Of a stretch of DNA of 64,000 bases, positions 59,542-64,000 are shown one piece after another. Position numbers and translations under genes: made by a program. The stretch comes from Elusimicrobiota bacterium (GTDB lineage Bacteria > Elusimicrobiota > JBDRON01). The notes under the pieces are model-generated. The model had not been told where the DNA came from, did no database searches, and saw only the letters and a list, made by a program, of their open reading frames with translations. The stretch spans positions 3,431 to 67,430 of the forward strand of contig JBDRON010000033.1 of NCBI GenBank assembly GCA_043810025.1, written 5' to 3'. Within the stretch, counting starts at the first letter, position 1. Each line of letters starts with the position of its first letter.

Positions 59542-59862
59542 CTACATCACAAACAACATCTCCGCGTATGTCGGAAGCGGCCAGAGCTCACGGGAAACAA
59601 CTGCTTCCAGAGCATCAACGGCTGCGCGCAGCTCAACCCTTGCGCCGAGCATTTGCGGAACCGAGTGACCGGCCTGGGCCTTTTCCAGTTTTCCCACAGC
59701 TTCCATCGCGCAATCGCCGAGACCGCTGAGCTTTTTGAGCAGCGCTTCGGTGTGTTCCGAGGAGAGGCCCGTGTTCTTAACATTGGAAACAGTTAAGGCC
59801 AGTTCGTTCTGATATTTGACTACGGCCGGAATGATCATCGTCTGGGCCATAGCCAGAGCCAC
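59542..59862 (-). pseudogene. Possible C-terminal fragment of a type III glutamine synthetase-like gene (…ELWPLPTYAEMLF)
   Basis: A short ORF with no start context. Its C-terminal W-P-[LF]-P-[TS]-Y motif recalls GS C-termini. It lies 67 nt downstream of a gltB fragment. The assignment is weak. Confidence 0.25.
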
Positions 59863-59928
59863 ACCGGTTTCGAAGATGATAGTCTTTTCATACTGTTCTT
59901 TGTAAATCTCGTATTGGTATTTTTCAAA

Positions 59929-60390
59929 TCAAAAATTAATTGGGCCAAATCCTCGATGGAGTAAATGCGGTCTCTTCGATAAAACCGCCAGCGGTGTGTC
60001 ATTGCCCATCGAGCCGACCGGTTCCTGCCCGGTTTCCGCCATCGGTTTAATCAGCACATTTAAATCTTCCCGCGTATAGCCAAAAGATTTCAGGAGCGTC
60101 CCCACATCCCTCTCCTCTTTCTTTTCTTCTCTTTGGGAGGAAGGAAGATTGTCCAAATCCAGTATATTTTCTTTAAGCCAGGAAGTGCGGCTGGACAAAT
60201 TGGTGATATAGAAAAATGATTTTTCTTTCAGTTTTGCTTCCCGAATAGTTTTTTCCGTCTGTTTTCTAATTAAATAGAGCTTTCTTTCAAAAGCTAAATT
60301 GTCGCCGTGGTCCGGACCCTTCCCGATAAAAATTTGTTCAAGCACCGGTTCGCTCTCCCGAGCGGTTTGTCCGATCTCCGAATTATCCAC
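59929..60390 (-). pseudogene. gltB: Fragment of glutamate synthase large subunit (gltB) central region
   Basis: FFYITNLSSRTSW and LLKSFGYTREDLNVLIKPMAETGQEPVGSMGNDTPLAVLSKRPHLL match the conserved GltB motifs FYICSLSSRT and QAFGYT.ED...PMA..G.EP.GSMG.DTPLAVLS. Only ~150 aa are present, where the full-length protein is ~1500 aa. The frame is lost immediately after HLL. Confidence 0.55.
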
Positions 60391-60497
60391 CGGAACCGGC
60401 CGCCAACCTAAAAACGTTTGATTTTCTTTTTCGATAATTTTGGTGAAAACATTTTTGCAGAATTACAGGAAAATTCCAGAACTTAAAAACTTAACGT

Positions 60498-60527
60498 TTG
60501 ACATTCCCTGTCAAAAATTGATATTAT
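60498..60527 (+). promoter_or_regulatory. Promoter with palindromic -35 operator (TTGACA-ttccc-TGTCAA ... TATTAT) upstream of the ORF6N gene
   Basis: TTGACA is at 60498..60503, a perfect inverted repeat TTGACAnnnnnTGTCAA overlaps it, and the -10 TATTAT is at 60522..60527. Confidence 0.45.
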
Positions 60528-60603
60528 CGGCCTATGCTCGGATAAAGCAGAATGGAAATTTCCGGCTATGTATACGCACCCGCAATTTGAAGGAGCTCAT
60601 AGA

Positions 60604-61116
60604 ATGAAAGATTTAATTCAATATCAGCGGATTGAAAAAATGATTTTCATTATTCGCGGGCATAAAGTAATGCTGGATAAAGACTTGGCCGAACTTTATG
60701 GTGTCCCCACAAAACGTCTTAATGAACAGGTTCGCAGGAATGCCGAACGATTCCCTGAAGATTTTATCTTTCAATTAAATAGACAAGAAAAAGATAAGGT
60801 GGTCGCAAATTGCGACCACCTTAAATCTTTAAGATTTTCCTCACAATTACCTTTTGCCTTTACAGAACAAGGCGTAGCCATGCTATCCAGCGTATTGAGA
60901 AGCAACCGAGCTATACAAGTCAATATCCAAATAATAAGAGTTTTTGTTAAGCTGAAAAACCTGATATCGAAACACAAGGAACTTGCTAATCGCTTAGCTC
61001 AACTTGAGAAAAGAATGGATAAAAAGGATGAAGAAACACAGATTATTTTTGAAGCTATCCAGCAATTAATGGCAGAACCACAGAAAATAAAAAAGAAAAT
61101 AGGGTTTGTTAAATGA
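60604..61116 (+). CDS. ORF6N (KilA-N-related) DNA-binding domain protein
   Basis: IRGHKVMLDKDLAELYGVPTKRLNEQVRRNAERFPEDFIFQL is the ORF6N domain signature. The start was chosen at ATG 60604 after SD AAGGAG; the ORF track start at 60568 is the alternative. The stop overlaps the HK start as ATGA. Confidence 0.7.
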   Translation: MKDLIQYQRIEKMIFIIRGHKVMLDKDLAELYGVPTKRLNEQVRRNAERFPEDFIFQLNRQEKDKVVANCDHLKSLRFSSQLPFAFTEQGVAMLSSVLRSNRAIQVNIQIIRVFVKLKNLISKHKELANRLAQLEKRMDKKDEETQIIFEAIQQLMAEPQKIKKKIGFVK

Positions 61117-63212
61117 ACGTATTTTCGCTTTCGGGATTATTAATCGTGGTTAGCAGTTCTTTGATGGGGATTTTTGTCCTCTGCAAAGGAAGAAATGTAA
61201 AATCCAACTTAATCTGGGTTTTCTTCGTTTTTGCCGTCGCTATCTGGGGAGCGGGCCTGTTTTTTATTGGTTTTAATCAGGATAGCCAAAAGGGAATTTT
61301 GTTGTGGAGATTAACCCGCATCGGGACAATCTTTATTCCCGTGCTTTTTTTTCATTACACCCACTCCTATTTAAATCTGAACAGAACGGATTTTCTTGCT
61401 CTCGTCTACATCCTCGGAATATTTTTTCTGATTGCCGATTTTACCCCCCTTTTTATTTATCATATGAGCTATGCGTCTTCTTCCTTGCATCGGGATTCTC
61501 CACCCGGAATAATTTATCAGCTCTTCCTGGTCTTCTTTGCCGCAGTAATCATCTACACGCATTACGAATTTTTTAAAGCCCTAAGAGAAGCTTCCGGTTT
61601 AAGAAAAAATCAAATTAAGTATTTTATTTTTTCCACCAGCCTGCTTTTTACCGGCATGAGCCTGTTTTTTTTGCCTTCTTTCAAGAGCGATTGGTACCCC
61701 TGGGGAAATTTTGCCGCCGCCATTTATCCGGCGATAATGGGTTACGCCATAATTCGTTATCGCTTAATGGACATCAACCTGATTTTCCGGGATACCACGG
61801 CTTACCTGCTCAGCACCCTGCTGATTACAGTTGTATTTGCCTTCATTGGTTATCTCTATAATTTTCAGCCGCTGGTCGTAATCCTGCTTTTGGCGCTTTT
61901 GGGTTTAATCTTCCCGATTCTGCACCCCTACTTAAAAAACAAATTATTACCGGTGGTAGAAAAAACATTTTTTAGGGACCGCTACTCTTACCTGAAAAAT
62001 GCGGAAAAATATCGCAATTTTTTCCGGGAAACTTCGGTCACCGTCCGGGATGTCGCCGAAAATCTGGTTGATTCGGCAACAAAAATTTTTGCCCCAAAAA
62101 ATTGCAACCTGCTAGTCTACAAATTTGAAGATAAAACCTACCGGATTAAATTTCAATCAGAGACGGGTAACCCGCTGACAGAAAATTCCGCGCAATTAAA
62201 CGAAGAAAGCCCCCTTCTCCGTACCCTCGACGAGCTGAAAAGAACATTGGTTAAAGAAGAATTGGAAAAATGGCTTTCTTTTTTTGAATACGACATTATC
62301 CGTGAGGATATGGATTTACTCAAAGCGGAGATCAGCGCCCCTTTGTTTATGTTAGGTAAAATCATCGGGATTTTAAATCTGGGACCAAAACAAAATAAAA
62401 TGATGTATAACCATGAGGATATTCGTAATTTAGAGGCCTTGTGCCGGGTAGCCGAAGAAGTTTTAAAAGCGGCAATCATCAGCGAGCAGGAAAGCATTCT
62501 CACCGCCGGGATGACCCACGATCTGCGCACCCCGTTTAGCAATATTTATTCTTTTTATCTCCAGCCTCTGGCCGCCGAAGAGTTGGGACCGCTTAATGGC
62601 GAACAAAAAGAAGCCATCGAACTTATCCACAAAGAACTGGAAAAACATAACCAGCGGCTGGACCTTACCCTGGATCGAACGACATTGGTTTACAAGCGGT
62701 TATATCCGGAAGATTTTGCTTATCCTTTTGATCTTAGCGAGATTATCCGGTATACGATGAAATTATACACCAAGGAATCAAACCGAAAACATTTGTTAAT
62801 GGAAATAAAACTGCCTCCGGCCCTGCCCCTGATTTATGCTGACCCGGACGATATCGAGTTAGGCGTGCTGCAAAATTTAATCAACAACGCTCTCCGCCAT
62901 ACCCAGGAAGGAAAAATCGTCGTTTCTGCCGAGGTAAAAAACAACGAACTGCTCGTTACTGTTAGCGATACCGGTTCGGGGATAGAACCGGACTACCTGG
63001 CAAAAATATTTGATCCCTTTCAACTGGATCAGGCAACTAAGGGAGAAAAAGGACTGGGATTATACCGGGTAAAAGATATTATTACCACCTATCGAGGAAA
63101 AGTCTGGATCGAATCTACTCTAGGCAAAGGAACCACCTTCTATTTCACCCTGCCTCTGGCCACCGAAGAACAAATTCAAAAACACAAAATCATTCATAAA
63201 CAGATGGGTTAA
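61113..63212 (+). CDS. Sensor histidine kinase with N-terminal 7TM sensor domain
   Basis: Seven N-terminal TM helices, then the H-box MTHDLRTPFSNI and the G-boxes SDTGSGIEPDYL and GLGLYRVKDI. Confidence 0.8.
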   Translation: MNVFSLSGLLIVVSSSLMGIFVLCKGRNVKSNLIWVFFVFAVAIWGAGLFFIGFNQDSQKGILLWRLTRIGTIFIPVLFFHYTHSYLNLNRTDFLALVYILGIFFLIADFTPLFIYHMSYASSSLHRDSPPGIIYQLFLVFFAAVIIYTHYEFFKALREASGLRKNQIKYFIFSTSLLFTGMSLFFLPSFKSDWYPWGNFAAAIYPAIMGYAIIRYRLMDINLIFRDTTAYLLSTLLITVVFAFIGYLYNFQPLVVILLLALLGLIFPILHPYLKNKLLPVVEKTFFRDRYSYLKNAEKYRNFFRETSVTVRDVAENLVDSATKIFAPKNCNLLVYKFEDKTYRIKFQSETGNPLTENSAQLNEESPLLRTLDELKRTLVKEELEKWLSFFEYDIIREDMDLLKAEISAPLFMLGKIIGILNLGPKQNKMMYNHEDIRNLEALCRVAEEVLKAAIISEQESILTAGMTHDLRTPFSNIYSFYLQPLAAEELGPLNGEQKEAIELIHKELEKHNQRLDLTLDRTTLVYKRLYPEDFAYPFDLSEIIRYTMKLYTKESNRKHLLMEIKLPPALPLIYADPDDIELGVLQNLINNALRHTQEGKIVVSAEVKNNELLVTVSDTGSGIEPDYLAKIFDPFQLDQATKGEKGLGLYRVKDIITTYRGKVWIESTLGKGTTFYFTLPLATEEQIQKHKIIHKQMG

Positions 63213-63263
63213 AAGCAGCGATTAGATGATTAGGGAATTAGGCGATTTTGTAGAGGATAACTG

Positions 63264-63815
63264 TTACTGTTTTAAAAGACGTTTTATTTCATTGTGGATT
63301 CTGGCGTCTTCTGTTTCGTCTGACAGTTTCATTGCCCAATCGAGGAGATATTCCTTATTCAGTTTACCTGAATTTTTAATAACGATACTTTCCGCGTCAG
63401 CGATGTCTTTCGGCCTTCCGGGAATTATTTTTAGTAAAATTAAATCTTCCGGGGTAGGTAAATTTGTATCTGCGCCATGCAATTTAATCACTTTTTTTCT
63501 TCTTATTGCCTCTTTTTCCAGTTCAATAGAGCAAATTATGAAATCGATGTGACAATCGTCTATTCTTACTTGGAATGTTCCTGTTGTTTTTGCTCCTTTG
63601 AGACACTTTTTTTTAGAAACAATGAATCCCTGCTCGTCTAATTTTTCCAAAAACTTTTCAAGCTCATTTTTATCGAGAATTATATCAACATCAACATCGC
63701 CTGTTGCCCGCGGTTCACCCCAGATTCCGACTGCCATTCCCCCGATGATGATATAATCAATCTTTTCTTTATTGAGAAATGTGACGGTTTTTTTAAATAC
63801 TTCAATTAAATTCAT
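63264..63815 (-). CDS. Minimal nucleotidyltransferase-fold protein (pol-beta superfamily; MNT/AbiEii-like)
   Basis: IIGGMAVGIWGEPRATGDVDVDIIL carries the GG...DxD NTase motif. Its start overlaps the stop of an upstream small ORF as ATGA. Confidence 0.5.
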   Translation of the reverse strand: MNLIEVFKKTVTFLNKEKIDYIIIGGMAVGIWGEPRATGDVDVDIILDKNELEKFLEKLDEQGFIVSKKKCLKGAKTTGTFQVRIDDCHIDFIICSIELEKEAIRRKKVIKLHGADTNLPTPEDLILLKIIPGRPKDIADAESIVIKNSGKLNKEYLLDWAMKLSDETEDARIHNEIKRLLKQ

Positions 63816-64000
63816 CTCTTTGCCTTTAGCAGTAACTCATAACTTACAGGTGTGTCTTTAATAAATTCACTTCCATGGTGATCAAAAAAAAGCAACAGTG
63901 ATTTTTGCAGCTCTTCGGCTTTTTCCAAGCTGAGATTTTTAAGCCATTTCCTTTTCTCTTTTTCCATCAATTTGAACCGATTTTTGCTAAAAAGATAGTT
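63812..64000 (-). CDS. Small upstream partner ORF of the NTase gene (partial; continues beyond window end)
   Basis: Hand translation gives ...MEKEKRKWLKNLSLEKAEELQKSLLLFFDHHGSEFIKDTPVSYELLLKAKR*. The stop TGA overlaps the NTase ATG. The frame is open to the window edge. Confidence 0.3.
   Translation of the reverse strand, partial: NYLFSKNRFKLMEKEKRKWLKNLSLEKAEELQKSLLLFFDHHGSEFIKDTPVSYELLLKAKR

Noticed and set aside
63226-63552. 108-aa plus-strand ORF after the histidine kinase gene
   Set aside because: It is entirely antisense to the better-supported nucleotidyltransferase-fold gene at 63264..63815.

Overview
This 64-kb window looks like part of a bacterial chromosome. A T9SS-type C-terminal sorting domain and a PorV-like outer-membrane protein suggest an FCB-superphylum-like lineage. 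Most genes use Shine-Dalgarno sites. GC content is mixed: about 50-57% over ligA and the giant gene, about 33% over the 5' polysaccharide cluster. Family calls and promoter/terminator coordinates were made by eye from the provided translations and raw sequence; no database search or folding program was available.

Gene content, start to end:
(1) An AT-rich exopolysaccharide operon on the minus strand: wza-like, wzc-like, wzy-like, wzx-like, and a CgeB-like glycosyltransferase truncated at the window edge.
(2) A cspA-family cold-shock gene with a structured leader.
(3) A thiolase gene.
(4) Two adjacent type II toxin-antitoxin modules: PrlF/YhaV-like and RHH/RelE-like.
(5) ligA.
(6) A RiPP-like operon: a PqqD-family recognition protein, a radical-SAM/SPASM enzyme, and an unannotated 47-aa Cys-containing peptide ORF.
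(7) Two OmpR-type response regulators, a CheY-like receiver, a histidine kinase and a tRNA-Arg(TCG).
(8) A hypothetical protein, an ABC-2 exporter, a PF14907-type nucleotidyltransferase, a PorV-like outer-membrane protein and a stand-alone AAA ATPase that sits next to a remnant T9SS sorting-domain fragment.
(9) An 1164-aa secreted propeller/FN3 protein with a T9SS sorting domain.
(10) A 28.2-kb gene encoding a 9,405-aa secreted protein. It has about 58 tandem ~106-aa repeats in two arrays, a duplicated Trp-rich block, two lamin-tail domains and a C-terminal PQQ-like propeller.
(11) Immediately upstream of the giant gene, an HprK-like P-loop kinase and an S24/S26-fold peptidase-like protein with Cys/His at the positions normally held by the catalytic Ser/Lys.
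(12) Decayed gltB and glnN-like fragments, an ORF6N protein translationally coupled to a 7TM histidine kinase, and a nucleotidyltransferase-fold gene pair at the 3' edge.

Non-coding highlights: an ~83-bp dual-hairpin repeat present three times, always about 30 nt downstream of a stop codon inside minus-strand operons; a 32-bp perfect inverted repeat pair; and a CAGGGAACG palindrome family.
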